Shown here: positions 12,666 to 25,686 of the stretch, piece after piece
Layout: each line of letters begins with the position of its first letter
How positions within the stretch are numbered: the stretch's first letter is position 1
Assembly (NCBI RefSeq): GCF_018977255.1
Contig: NW_024704742.1
Span: 27,406,001 to 27,470,000 of the forward strand
Reading direction: 5' to 3'
Length of the DNA stretch: 64,000 nt
From: Callorhinchus milii
Lineage: Eukaryota
Notes under the pieces: generated by a model
What the model was told of the DNA's origin: nothing
Database searches by the model: none
The model's input: the letters and a program-made list of their open reading frames with translations, nothing else
Position numbers and translations under genes: made by a program

Positions 12666-12934
12666 AATCACCTCAGTCTGCACCTATTACATATCCTGTT
12701 GTTTTCAAGTAGATACTGTTCCATTCATTTTAGAGTTACGCAACATATTTTAAGATGCTTTTTTGGAAGTTTGTTCCAGGTAGCCACCAATCTGTGTGGG
12801 GAAGAAAACTGCTCCTGATCTCTTGTTCTACTTGACGATTTAATTTCAAAACTTTATTTTCGAGTTCTGTATTCACCGTGCATGTCAAAATGCTTGCTTC
12901 CATCTACAGAAAATCGTGTTCCACATATGTGACC

Positions 12935-13310
12935 ACCTGGCTCAGTTGGCAGCATTTTCATCTCTGAATCAGAAGATGGTGGGCTGAAGTCCCACTTTGG
13001 AACTTGGAACCAATACCGTCACGACTGACTCTCCACTGCAGTCCTGGGGGTGTGCTGCATTGCTGGGGGTGCATTCCTTCAGATCACACGTTAAAACTAG
13101 GGCCCATCTGCCTGTGCAGGTGACAAAAAGAGTATGGAGTTTCTCCTGGTATCTTGGCTGACAATCCTCCAAATAAATTGATCACTCACTCCACGACTCT
13201 TTGTGGGACATTGCTGTGCGCAAATTGGCTGCCACGTTATGCCTAGAAAACACAGTTACTAAACCATACAAGTAAATTTTGTGAATGACTTTGATACGTC
13301 CTCCTGATGT
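12935..13310 (+). mobile_element. Deu-domain SINE (SacSINE1-like)
   Basis: TGGCTCAGTTGGCAGCATTTTCATCTCTGAATCAGAAG head; GGCCCATCTGCCTG Deu core; tail. Confidence 0.85.
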
Positions 13311-13589
13311 GGATTGGATAAGCCATGCTGGTTGATTTCTGGATAGGTAGAAACATAGGAACCAATGCCTATCACCTGGAAAATTGCCCCATTGTTACAC
13401 AATGGTTAGTATTAACCCTATTGATGTTCTGATTTTATTTAGTATGTTCTTTTATTTTACAGAGGGAAGTACAGTGCCTCTCATTTCAGATGTTCTCATG
13501 TACCTGCTATTATTGACGGATTTCTTTATCGTAACCTGTATCACTTTATAATTTTCTGTCAATTGACCTAAAAGAAATATCAAAAACTG

Positions 13590-13900
13590 GTATATCTCAG
13601 CATATTTATTGCAGAGAGTTCTGGACCAAAGATCATTAATCACTACTAACAATAAGGATCCCAGTGTGGCTCCCTGTGGACCCTGACCACTTAATACAAA
13701 CCTTTGTGTCAATAGATCATTAACCTTAACATGCTGGGAACAACGCATTAAAAAAGAACTAATCCGATGAACAATAATAGAATGGATGTAACAATCAACG
13801 CATTGCTTGTGTACTAGGTTATGGTCAATTAAATTAAATGCTATCTTCTAATGAATTAAAATGATTTTTGCAAACTGATTTGTTCTGTCATTTGTGGTGA
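13590..13900 (-). mobile_element. Ancient non-LTR retrotransposon reverse transcriptase relic
   Basis: Minus frame reads KIILIH*KIAFNLIDHNLV...RISSFLMRCSQHVKVND...GPQGATLGSLLLVVINDL...KYAEI, matching RT motifs DFxKAFDxIDH, PQGxxLGP and YxDD in order. Confidence 0.8.
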
Positions 13901-14139
13901 AGTGCGGACGCAGTGTTGCATTCGATTCACATAAGGCTGTGACAGGTTACTTATTCTGCCAGACCAACATTGCTTAAACACATGTTTGAAAGCCTTGTGT
14001 TTAAAAAAAAGGCTTCAAAGCCAATTACAAACAATTGGCTCTAGAGGCCCAGTGAAATCACTATCAATATTACTTTTGCAGGATTATGCTTGGTAATGGA
14101 ATCAACATAGCTAGTCTCTACAATTTTGTCAGCTTGATA

Positions 14140-14548
14140 CCCTAACAGTTGAGTCATAAGGCTATGGGTTCATGCCCCACATCGGGACTTTGAACTCAAT
14201 TAATCTAGGTTGACACTGCAATATATCGCTGGAATGTACTGCACTGTTAAAGATGCCGTCCTTTGGAAGAGATGATAAACCGGTGTGTCACCTGCCTATT
14301 CAGGTGGATTTTAAAGATTCCATGACACAATACAAAAAAAGGAGTTTCTTCTGGTTACCTGGCCAATAATCGCTCAGGTAAAATTATTAATTTATATGAT
14401 TATTTTTGTAGTGCACTGGTCTGTGTAAATTGGCTGTTGTGTTCACCCTCAAAATACATAGTTGCTACAATTCTGTAAATCCTGTGAAATGCTTTGAGAG
14501 CTTCTCCTGGTGTGAAAAGCTGTATAACATGCAAAGATTATCATTAAT
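14140..14548 (+). mobile_element. Deu-domain SINE
   Basis: GGGTTCATGCCCCAC B-box, GATGCCGTCCTTTGGAAGAGATGATAAACC Deu domain, tail. Confidence 0.85.
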
Positions 14549-14912
14549 ATCTTAATTTTTGATGGGACCCAAGGATGCAGAAGATGACTTGCATATTACA
14601 TACTGTGTGTACAGTACATCTGGCTCAATAGGTTTATATAATTGCAGAGTTTTAATCTCTTTCCTACAACATCAAGCATCACTGATACATTAAAGGTATC
14701 TTGACAAAAGTTTGATAAAACGTAGTTAGATTATAGCTTCAGAGACTTGCGTAACAAAAGCAGCTAAATATGAGAATGGGGTTCTTCTGCTTTGCATGTT
14801 ATATGAAGCAAATCATTGCTGTGGGCTAAGATCTATTCTCCATTTCTATTTATTTTCTGTGTGCTTAAAAGTAACTTGCAATGGAATTTTGAAAGCGTGA
14901 ATAACATTATAA

Positions 14913-15028
14913 TGTTTCGCCCACAAAATATACAGTCACTACTCTTTACAGTATATTCCGTGAAGCGCTCTGAGACGTCTCGCAGATGTGATAAGGCGCC
15001 ATATCAAATGCAATTATTATTATTATTT
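14913..15028 (+). mobile_element. SINE 3' tail fragment
   Basis: GTTTCGCCCACAAAATATACAGTC...GAGACGTCTC...AAATGCAATTATTATT. Confidence 0.85.
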
Positions 15029-15439
15029 CTGATATTAAAGATAAATTATACATTTAAAGTCGTCTGTGTGACTTAGTACTGTGTGACTCAGTGAGTGACA
15101 TTACTCACTGTGATAAAGGTACAATATCATAACATCATGCACAGCAAAACCGGGTTTGTATATACCCATACATAATCATGACTCGTGACTGTTCCAGATT
15201 ACTTCCCTCCCTAAAAAGTGAATTGTTTGTGAAATGGTGGAATGATTCGAATGTCATTCTGAATGATATGTTAATCCCCTGACTTTCTCGCCACCTAATT
15301 CACTCGTTTGTATCTTTCATGCAAATGACATGAGCTATTTTTTATTTAACAATCAAAGCAGCAACTGTCTCATATGTTCTTCATTCTCTGAACATTTGGC
15401 TTTATTCAGAATGGGGCAAATAGTACTTTTGCTGTCAAT

Positions 15440-15625
15440 TGAGGAAGAACACGGTGGAGGTCTTTAAATTGCTGAAAAGCACAGATAAGGAAGATGTAAG
15501 CAAGCTATTTAACTTGGTCCACGGGTGTTAACAGTGGAAGATGCAAGGGAGAAAACGTATAAGCAGTCAATGTGATTGCTTGTAATGGTTTATTTGTACT
15601 CAGAATATTAAACGACTTGACAAAT
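15440..15625 (+). mobile_element. Decayed CR1 LINE 3' fragment
   Basis: GTGGAGGTCTTTAAATTGCTGAAA...AAGCTATTTAAC encodes VEVFKLLK...KLF, typical of the CR1 ORF2 C-terminus. Confidence 0.6.
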
Positions 15626-15882
15626 GTCATGCTTTTTCATAACCTAATTTTAAAAATGGTGACAGTATCGAGTGATTTCCTGGAAGCTCTTTTACATGTT
15701 GCTGTTGTCCTCATTTATAAAGCTGTTGGATATATCTGGAGTTTCTCAAACCAGCAGCAACATTGGGTCTAACACAGATTTCTGTTGCACCGGCTGTGGC
15801 ATCTGGCAGATGGACGATTAAGCCGGGATTAGTCTACAAATAAAATCAACCCATAATGTCGTCTCTTCATACTTCTAAAATG

Positions 15883-15975
15883 GATAGGAATATAGGAACA
15901 AGAAGAGGCCATTCAGCCCATTGAACCTGTTTCGCTGATTTATTAGATCATGGTAGATGCTATAACTCCAATCCC
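15883..15975 (-). mobile_element. CR1 LINE 3' terminus
   Basis: ATAGGAACAAGAAGAGGCCATTCAGCCC...TTAGATCATGG; same family as 60637. Confidence 0.8.
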
Positions 15976-16003
15976 CTGGCATTTTTTCCTTTATATTTGA
16001 ATT

Positions 16004-16245
16004 ACAACACCAACAATAAATTGAATTTATGTAATGCCTTTCACGTTGAAAAGACATCCCAAGGTACTGGAGAGTCAAGGGTTTGCTGGCGGTTGGATTT
16101 AGGAGGGGTGGGGGCTAGGGTGGGAGGTGGGGGTCAGTGTGGAAAGATGTCTGATAGTGCAGTCAAAGAGAAAGATCTCGAGACAGAGCTTGAAGGAGGC
16201 GAGGAGAAAGGCGAGGTAAAAGGATTCTGGGATGGAGTTGCAGAG
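16004..16245 (-). mobile_element. L2 LINE 3' fragment
   Basis: (AAC)n tail, GCCTTTCACGTTG...GACATCCCAAGG, GCAGTCAAAGAGAAAGATCTC. Confidence 0.8.
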
Positions 16246-17597
16246 AGTGATATATTATTGAAACATTTAAAAATTATTTTGCAATTTTTCTCCTACAGGA
16301 ACATGAGTAAGTCTTATTTTGCCGACATGCTACTGTAGGTACAAGGTTAAGATACTGAGATATGCTCACCAGGGTAACTATCTCATCGGGTTTTGTGTGG
16401 ATCTGAGAAGTAGCTCAAGGCCTACAATGTGCAGCTGCAGTCTTCTCTGCCTAAAACCCATTAAATTCCTGTCTGGGTGGAGGAGAGGAGCACTGCTCTA
16501 CTCTTCCTTGTTTGAACGAACAATGAAGACGTTTATTGAAAAAAGATTTGAAACGATATGCAAGATAATTCTGCAAAATGTAACTGGCAGAATCATTGCT
16601 TTGTCTGGTGTGCTATTAACTCCTATAGGAAATATTTCAAATATCCAGGTATTGAACTTTGTTCAGCTGTTCTTCGTAGCAATCTTTCTTCCTCCTAAAC
16701 ATAAAACTGAATATATGGTCCACAATCTCACACACTCAGACTCAACCGATATTCGAAGCTATTTTTCCTGATCTGCATCTTTACACTCAGCTCCTGTTAA
16801 CCCTACAAGCCAAAGACCCAACGGGTAGCAGTGGGAAAGCTTGCTAGACAGAGTTTATTTTCTTTCCAATAAAACCTAACAAGCTATTTTTTTCCCCCAG
16901 TCTTTGTTCCTGGGAAAAGCTCTGTGGCTCCCACTTTGTCACTGTAAGAAAATCTGTGTTAAAACTGCAATAGAAAAAATAAGAAAGCACTTCATAAGAT
17001 GTCAAATACCTTCTCCTATTGTTTTTGGCTTTTTGTATCCCATGAGTCAAATACTGCACAAGTTGCCACCTCCTGCATTAAACAAAGCGTGTTTTTTCAG
17101 TGCAACAATCTCTTTTTGATCTCATATGAGCCAGCGTAGTGGAGAGCTCATTTCAATTCTGCAAAGCTAGATTTTTCTGCCAACCTAGATTTTTCTGCAA
17201 CAAAATTGCAAAATGCAACCTCATAAATTCGTGCTGAATGAGCCGAGTCCAAGCGGACTCTCTTGGATAGCAAGCATCATCGTGTTATGTGGAATGTGCA
17301 ACTATTGTTTAAAAGTGCCCGTCGTGTGGCACTAAGGCAATGCAAACCAGTAAGGTCCCAGTTTCTGATGAGTTAGCTGATCCCATACCGTTACCTCAGG
17401 CTACAGAGTGCGAAAACATTAACTCTCCAATGACATTACTGAAAAATACAGTGTGTACCTCAGAATCGCACAAAATCGCCCTATGATGTCCTCTTAGTCC
17501 TTCCATGCCGCCATAGTCTGGTGGACCTCCCTGACTTCGAGACAGCACGTGAAGAATGGCCAGTTGGAATTCCTGCTGTACCCAAGCATTAGCCACT

Positions 17598-17705
17598 TAT
17601 AATAATAATAATCATCCTTGCATTTAATATAGCGCATTATCACATCTTCAAGACGTCTCAAAGCGCTTTACAGAATGTACTTTAAAGTGAATGGACTGTG
17701 CAGTC
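17598..17705 (-). mobile_element. SINE 3' tail fragment
   Basis: (AAT)n CATCCTTGCATTT...AGACGTCTCAAAGCGCTT. Confidence 0.85.
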
Positions 17706-18899
17706 CCTTCAGAAAAGGAGGAGGGGGCAAAGCAACTGAGCAGTAAACATCTGTGAGTGTGTTGATAGTGGAAGCAACCTCTAGGTGGTCTGATCCTGAT
17801 TCTGAACATCACTCAGTTTACCCGTGTGGTTCACAAGGCTATCAGGACACCTTGATTCCATTCTACTCCAGCAAAGGTCTCATAGAATCTATCACTCTCC
17901 CTATATAAACCTATACTTTGTTACTATGTTTTAAGCTGCAGCATTGCTACTTATATTGAGTTAAAACACTGCACCATTTTTAAAGTCTCTCAGCGCATGT
18001 GAAAAGGTCGCAGGCATAAGCTCGACTCCACTGCACAGGGATTGTGTTTTTACCGTTTTCATTCCATAGATTAAGTTCTGATCCTAATCGGTACAATTCC
18101 AATTAACTGGAAATTACATTAATTCAATCTATCGGGAGAAGATTGATTTAAAATCACTATTTTGATGGTCACTTGCCGTACCCTCAACTCTGCTGTTTGA
18201 AAGTTGAAGTGGACTTTGAATGCTTTGGGTTATTTTGTTGTGTTTGTGTGGGTGGGTGAAAAGGGCTTATGGGCTGGGTTGCGGGGGGGGGTGCGGGAGT
18301 GGGAGAGAAAGAGGCAGTACCAGTAATTCACTTAGACGGCAAAATCGGATGAGGTAGCATGCATCCAATGTAGTAAAGGTGGGAACATAAATGTATGAAG
18401 AGAGGTTGTTTGTATGCAAGTTGTTGTTATTGCAGGTAAGTGAAACATAAGTGCTTTCTGACATTAATCTCACCACCACAGACCTATGCAAGCTGGAGTT
18501 TTAAGGAACAATAACCCTTGATTTGGTTATGGTTTGCAAACAACCTGAAACATTTCTGTTCATTTTGTTCCTAATACAATTTCTTCTACGGTTTTCAGAT
18601 AGCTGGTATGACTATATCAGGCAGGGAAATGACAAGGTGGTGTGTGACCAGGTTATTAATATGTTCTGTGAAATCGCAGTACGAGAGCTGTTTTTTTAAA
18701 AAAAAACTTTTTTTGTTGTTTGAAAATACTTGGTTTCATTGCCTGCTTGTTGGGAAAAAACACAATTCAATTGTGAGAGACTGAGAGGAAGCAGAGCCTG
18801 AGAGCTGGTGCTGGTAAGAATGTCCTTCCTTTGTGATATGTGCCACGAAGTCCAGCAACCATATGTACTTTACTGGGAATTGATACTTTGCTGTTAAAA

Positions 18900-19282
18900 A
18901 AATAAATAATCCTTGCATTTGAAAAAACACCTTTCACAAATGATGGATGTCTCAAAGTACTTCACAGGATTTACCGTAAAGTTCAATGAGTGTATTATGT
19001 AGGTGAGCTAGGCAGACTGTTTGCACACAGCAACATCCCACAACACATCCATGAAGTGACTGACCTATTTTGGGGGGAGATGGTTATTGGGAGAAACTCC
19101 CACAATATGGCCCCCAGTGCTGCACTGGAGTCTCAGGCGCGATGATGTGAGTTCAAACTCCTGATGTGGAGCTTGAACCCATAACGCTCAAGCACTCCGG
19201 AACGCTATCCTGCGTGAAGGGCAGCAAATAAATGCAAGTTGTTGTTGTACAGCATTCTGACTCAGAGGTGGGAGTACACACA
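18900..19282 (-). mobile_element. Deu-type SINE interrupted by a short plus-strand L2 tail (19186-19247)
   Basis: Tail at 18900; head CTTGAACCCATAAC|...|TTCTGACTCAGAGG...CAACTGAGCC split by GTGAAGGGCAGC...ATGCAAGTTGTTGTTG. Confidence 0.8.
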
Positions 19283-19386
19283 ACTGAGCCAGGTTGACAC
19301 TTAAAAGATGTACATTATTATAAAGAACAATAAGCCTTAGGACAATTCAATCCTTAGACCATTGTTCTCTTCACAGTTTAAAAGGA

Positions 19387-20110
19387 TGCTACTAACCGCC
19401 CCATTTCTAACCTGCCCTTCCTCGCAAAAGTCCCAGATCCCCAATTATCCTTCTTCCCCTACATCTGATCTCTCACCAGCACCACCTTCTTCCACCTCCG
19501 ACGATTGCCCGTCTCCGCCGATACCTCTCTCTAAAAGCCGCTGAAACCTGAGTCCATGCTTTTGTCACCTCTTGGCCCTCCTCGCTGGTCTCCCATCCAT
19601 TACCATCCATAAAATCCAGATCATTCAAAACTCTGCCGCCCGCATTCTCACCTGCACCAAACTCCGCTCTCCAATCACCCCAGTCCTTGCCAGACTGCAC
19701 TGGCTGCCTATCCCAGAAAGGATCAACTTCAAGATCCTCACCCTTGTATTCAAATCCCTCCACTCCTCTGCACCCCCCTACCTCTCTGACCTCTCTCCTC
19801 AAAATAGTACCTGTTGCCTTTGTTCCTCCGGGTCTGGCCTCCTCCTTGTCCTCCGAGTCCTCCGCTCCATCATCGGCGGCCGTGCCTTCAGCCACTATGT
19901 CCCGAGGCTCTGGAATTCCCTTCCTCACACCTTTCGCCTCCTCTCTTCCTATTTTCAGGTCCCTGCTGAAGACCTTTCTTTTTAACCGTGCCTTTGGTCA
20001 CCTTCCTCCACCTCCCCATGGCTCAGCCCCGGGATCCGTTTCTGTGAAGCGCTCTGAGACGCCGTCCGGTGTGGAGGGCACCATATAAATCCAAGTTGTT
20101 ATTGTTGTTT
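19387..20110 (+). mobile_element. L2 LINE, 5'-truncated, internally deleted
   Basis: Encodes RPISNLPFLAK and KIQIIQNSAARILT...PVLARLHWLPIPERINFKIL; ends AAATCCAAGTTGTTATTGTTG. Confidence 0.93.
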
Positions 20111-20139
20111 CTGTCCCCTCGTTTCAGGAACAATGTCAA

Positions 20140-20312
20140 GGCCATAGGTAGAGGTTCAGAGGTGACTAACGGAGATGAATAGTTTGATCTATGAACAATG
20201 ACGAGAGGACCATTTACTGGAACAGAGAAGGTTGAGGGGAAACTTGATAGAGGACTTTCAAATGATGAAGGGTTTTGAAAGAGGCAAGAGGGAGAAATTA
20301 TTTCCGCTGGAT
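20140..20312 (+). mobile_element. CR1 LINE ORF2 C-terminal fragment
   Basis: CTGGAACAGAGAAGGTTGAGGGGAAACTTGATAGAG encodes LEQRRLRGNLIE; also EKLFPL. Confidence 0.85.
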
Positions 20313-20699
20313 GTCAGGTGTTTCTAAACCAGATCATTTTGTTTGCCTTGTCCATATGTTGTCGGACTGTGTGCATGGAATTCTGTTCTGTTTGCACAAT
20401 TGATACACTCACTGAACTCTCATCGAGAACCACCTTGTGTTTGTTCTCTGTGATATTCAGTTTTGCTCCAGTAGAAACCACAAGTATTTTCCGAATCAGC
20501 CTTCTTGTATTTGCCAGAATCCATTGGTAGTAAAATACGTGACCGCTACTCTGCACAATAGAATTGAGTGTGGTGCTATTGGAGACTGTGGTGCTTGTTT
20601 TCTCTTAAGTGGAAACTGTGTGAACCATAGCAAAACTCTAGTCATATTTAAATCTCTCCCTCTTACATTTTGCTTTCTGATTACTGCATTGTACTGATC

Positions 20700-20890
20700 A
20701 ACAGCGTTGCTGGATTGCATTCATGAGCAGAAGTCCTGGCTGGTTTCTTTTTCTCCATTCTAATCAAGAACCAAGAGGTGCTCAGGCCAATTTTAACGTC
20801 CACTTAGCACAAACTGCAGAACAACAAGGAACGCCTTGTCTTGCATATCTTAATTCATAATGCAGTGTGGCGTTACCAAATGAACGATTG
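20700..20890 (-). mobile_element. Ancient SINE fragment (AmnSINE2-like)
   Basis: CCTGGCTGGTTTCTTTTCTCC...GGTGCTCAGGCCAATT; similar to 28110-28405. Confidence 0.45.
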
Positions 20891-22536
20891 GGGAATCCTG
20901 ATAGTGTCATTTATAATAATAAAACCTGACACCCATAAACCCTTTGTAATATGATTGCAGTTCACAGCTAAAAGAAGGTGACTTGAGGCAAGACCCAAAG
21001 CAGTACGATGCCACATTGAAAGTAGTTTGAATTTACAGCCTTGCATTAGTGCTGCCACAATGCCAGGATCACAGCAGATGATTATTACAAACTTCCAACT
21101 GGAATTGTGAGAGATCGCAAACTTGTGCCTTAATTCATAGAAAGGGTTGGTAGAAAAAAACTGACCTCGGAACTTTGGACCAGGCGGTTTGCTCTCACTT
21201 TTGAATCAGAAGGCCTCATTGAGAAGTTTACTATACTGTGTTTTTTCAAAGCAAAAAAGATGTATTGGCCCTCGAGATCATACAGTCCTGTTGTTTGGGT
21301 GTTCTAACAGGTAATCAAGGGTGCGTCCCTCCAGGAAGAGATTGTGCACAGACACAGAATTTGAACTGTACTTAAATGAGTTTTAACAAATAAACTGACA
21401 ATCGCAGGGGCCTGGACGGGACCGCTCCATCACTCAGACACAGTTGTGTGTTGGTGTAGGTCCTCCTGGCCACTGTGCACCCTTGTGGCTTTGGAGGACT
21501 TATGCCTTCACAGTCATCCCGGAAACAGCTCTTTTCACTTGGAGTGACAGAGTATCAGGAGTTTACTGTAATTTGCATTTTCATCAGATATTGAGGTGAA
21601 TCGGGGAGGAAGGGGGAAGGGAGTGTTAACTCCCATAACTGCAGCGGATGTAATGGTCTAATTGTTAGGGGATGTTCAGTTTGACATTTTGTAATAGAGA
21701 AGATGCAGCGTAACACTGTCAGTTACTGATAGTTGCTCAGAACTGTAGCAGTTTTGGAAACCAACATGTCTGGTGATTGTAAATAATCTCGACTCTTGTT
21801 TATGGGACTAAAAGAGCACTTGAATTAAATCACGCATTTAAACATCTTCTGAAATATGGGACTCTGTGAGTAAATTCACAGTGTACTGTTACCAAGCATG
21901 GAATATGGCCCAATTAGTGGTTTTATGCTCTTAATGTTTTCAATGCAAAGAAGAGGCTTTGAATCTTTACATCTAAAGTACATCCAAATCCTAATTTTTT
22001 AATGCCGCCACAAATTCTGTGATGCACCTTAATGCACCGTATTGAAGTTTGGGCCCATTGGGGTTGACATTGTGATCGAGGGGCACAGTCAGAGGCCATT
22101 CAAGACAATCTGCTGCTCTAAGCAAAACTTCAGTGTGGAACCTCCCACTGAACCCCTCTCCAACTCCTGGAAAAGTGTTACACACCCTATCCCCCCCCCA
22201 CCACCAGCAGGTCAAAAGGTTCCGCTACCTATGGGCAAGTCCACACCCAACCTTGATCATGGTGTTAGTGTCAGTGGCTCCTTGCCTAACCAACTTTGTT
22301 GCCCCTTTTGTGCCTCTGCCACCTTTTATCCTGCCTTAAATCCAGGCACTGCCTGAGATCTGTTTGACGGTGACCTGGCCCAATCATGAATCAAATTTGG
22401 ACAATTTTGCCCCCTTCCCTGACTTCCCCACCAATCATCCAATCTGCTGCCCGAGGCAGCTGCTTATTTTGCTTATAGCTAGAGTGGCCTCTGGTCACAG
22501 CTCTGCAATTCTGAATCCCAGCTTCTAACCTCTAGT

Positions 22537-22887
22537 ATAATAATCCTTGCATTTGATATAGTGCCTTATGATGTCTTTGAGACGTTTCAAAACACTTCAC
22601 AGAATATACCGTAAAGTTAATTGACTGTGTATTTTGTGGGCGAACCTCGGCAATCAGCAGTGTCCCACAAACCGTTGTGGATTGAAGTGATCAATTTTTT
22701 TTTGAAGGAATTATTACCCCCGGAAAAGCAATCCGCCAATCGACTAACAACCGGGTTCCTACCTACTACTAGGTAGACAGAGGCGTGTGGAGTAAGGAAA
22801 CTTGCCCAACATTTCGCCCTGTCGGGAATTAAATCCAGGTCTCTTGATTGCGAGGCGAGTGCTCTAACCACTGAGTTACAGGACTCC
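22537..22887 (-). mobile_element. tRNA-Ala-derived SINE, full length
   Basis: Minus strand GGAGTCCTGTAACTCAGTGGTTAGAGCACTCGCCTCGCAA (CGC anticodon) through the (ATT)n tail. Confidence 0.93.
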
Positions 22888-23904
22888 ACAATAAGAAGAT
22901 ACCTCAAACACCCCAGTGCAATCTGTTTCAACCATAAATTAGCATTAAGCATGTTAATATATGCTAGAAAATGAATGTGGATTATTAATTTGTAAAAAAA
23001 TTATAATCAATTATATTGCTCACTACTGTGCTTCAAAGGTAAGTCTGAATTCCTATAAACTAACGGCCTTGTTGTGGTTGACTCTTTATCCTGGATGTTT
23101 TAAGTTTCAGCATTATGAAGATTTTGCCTTCACAAATCATTGCATAAATCAGTAACTATAGAGTTTCACCCTAGTTGCATTTTAAGACTATTGCAAGCTG
23201 AATAGCAATTTTTCTTGTCACAGCCAAACTCCCCATCAGGGAGTGGATACTATATTCCTGCTAATACTGCTATTATTGAAACTTAATACTGTGCAAGTTA
23301 GTTTGTTCAGAACTTTGTTTCAAGGCAGGTGTCAGATAACTATTTTTGACGACTTTGGCCTCTTTGGCCTTTTTTTTGTTGCAAATTAGTGGCATCTGGA
23401 AATTGCAATTTATTATTTTGAAAATATTGCAAATTGAGTGATGTGTACAAGATGCTGTTTTCAAATCGAGCCCCATTAACCTCCATGTTTTGTTTCATGT
23501 TGTTATTGGGGAGTAATGGGTGGCCTTGATGTGAGTGACCATTCCCCAGGAGTTTTGGGTTGGTGATATTATCAACTCACCATGTAGTGATTTGATCTTG
23601 ACATTTTAGAAGATGGATTTGGCAGATGCTGACATTGAAAAACTTGTCTCAATGTATATCTGCAAACATTGTCACGTAGTGCAGTGCTTTGAGATATTAA
23701 TTCAAGTTATAAATTAAACAATATCTATCCAATACCTAAGAATGGGAAATTACTGAAAGGGGGAATACTGAAAAGTCCAAAAGTCTCTATGTAACTTGCC
23801 AAATCAGATAATATTGGGCATTCACATCATGGCTGTTTGTGGGACATTGCTGTGTGCAAAATAGTTGCTGCATTTGCCTTCCATAATCACTAAAAGTTAA
23901 ACAT

Positions 23905-24870
23905 ACTAGGTTATTTGGCCCACAAAGCTTGCACTGGCTCACAGAGCAAGAGAATTATTTCAATCCCACCTCCCCGCCTTATCCTAATACGCCTTTAAGC
24001 CCCCCTCTTTCATATGTCTGTCTACTTCCCTCTTGAAAGCTCCAATAGACTCCACCTCCAACACCCTACTCAGCATAATTATGACCCTAGTTATTGATGA
24101 CTCTAGCTATTGATTCCCCAATCAATTAAAATAACTTCTCTCGATTTATCCTAACAAGCCCTTCATGATTTTGTACACCTCAATGAGGTCTGCCCTAACA
24201 AAACTTTCTCTACTCAAATGAAAACAGTGCGACCACATCACTCCCACCCTCACTCACCTCCACTGGCTCCCCATTCCCCCAGAGGATTGAATTCAAGATC
24301 CGCATCCTCACCTATAAGGCCATTCACGGCCTTGCTCCCTCCTACCTCTCCGATCTACTATCCCCCTACTTACCCCCCCGTACCCTCCGTTCCTCTGGCT
24401 CCAGTCTGCTCCACATCCTCCGCCCCAACCACCCTACCGTCGGTGGCCGGGCCTTCAGCCTCTCAGCCCCCAGACTCTGGAACTCCATCCCCCAGTGCCT
24501 TCGCCGCCTCCTCCATTTCCTCCTTCAAGGCCGGTCTTAAGACCTTTCTCTTTGACCGTGCCTTCAGCTCCCCTCTCGACTCTCTACCCCCTCCTCGCTC
24601 CCTCCCTTCCCTCCCCTCACCCTGACCATTTACCCCCTGCTCGGGTCCCAACCCAATTGTCCAGCGCCTTGGGACGTCCTCCCGACGTGAAAGGCGCTCT
24701 ATAAATGAAATCTTGTTGTTGTTGTTGTTGTCCAGCTTCTCTAATCTCTCCTCAGAATTGTAGTCCTTCAACCTCACAATCATTCTAGCAAACCTCCATT
24801 ACACCCCCTCCAAGGCCCTGACATCTTTCTTGAAGTGAAATGGCCAGAACTGGATGCAAATCTTCAGTTT
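23905..24870 (-). mobile_element. CR1 LINE 3' region interrupted by L2
   Basis: CCCTTCATGATTTTGTACACCTCAATGAGGTC (DLIEVYKIMKG); resumes after L2 at TCCAGCTTCTCTAATCTCTCCTC (EERLEKL) and CCAGAACTGGATGCA (CIQFW). Confidence 0.85.
24228..24730 (+). mobile_element. L2 LINE 3' fragment, relatively young
   Basis: DHITPTLTHLHWLPIPQRIEFKI; tail CAGCGCCTTGGGACGTCCTCCCGACGTGAAAGGCGCTCTATAAATG...(GTT)n. Confidence 0.95.
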
Positions 24871-25686
24871 ACAGTCGAAGAAATGGTGAAGAACTTTGAG
24901 ATATTCTGATAAAATGGTGAAACACTATATCAAATTCAAAGATTATAATAACAATTATTATTATACTGCCTTTATTTGTCTTGGTGCTGAATTTGGAATA
25001 CTAGTTGCCTCAATGGGTTGAGCATTGGACTTGGGGCAAGACGTTAAGATTTTGAGTGGGTTCACTCCAGCCTTCAATCTTGACGGTCTGATCACTTACT
25101 AGCCACCATTAAATGAATGGGTTCAATGTATTTAATATGGCCTCTTCTTCTACTTGTTGAATGAGTTTATCTTCAATAAAGTTCCTCTTCTGTACAATGT
25201 AAAGAATTTACAATAGTAACTTTTTTTTAAACAAAGGGCTCACATGGATATCTTATAGCGACAAGTGAAAACATTTTTCTACAACAACTTGCATTTCTAC
25301 AATGCCGTTGTGTAGGGTAAGAGCACTGTTCAGCTCTTCCAAAAATGAGTTAAATTGCTAAATTCATTGAAACAACTTGAAGACAAGGCAAGATGGGAGC
25401 AGGCTGGCAGTGTTGATTTGCTCTAGCTAATTGATTGTGGAGCCTGCTACATCAATATTGATGGATGCTGCACTTAAAAGAAAAGGAAATCTATGAGGAG
25501 GATTATTCATTCAAGTACTCCCCTCAGCTGTACTGGAAAACAAGAATGACAACTTGTATTTCCATGAAAATTAACATCTGAAAGAACTTCTCAGTGGTGT
25601 AGAGGTGCTGGCTAGGTGGCAAGTAGTGGGAGGAATTTAGAAGTGACTGAAGGTGCAGCCAAAAAGATAATAATAATTACAGTGAT

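Noticed and set aside
22069..22413. Possible Harbinger-type MITE ends (GGGGTTGACATTG / CAATTTTGCCCC)
   Set aside because: Inverted match too short and imperfect; no TSD seen
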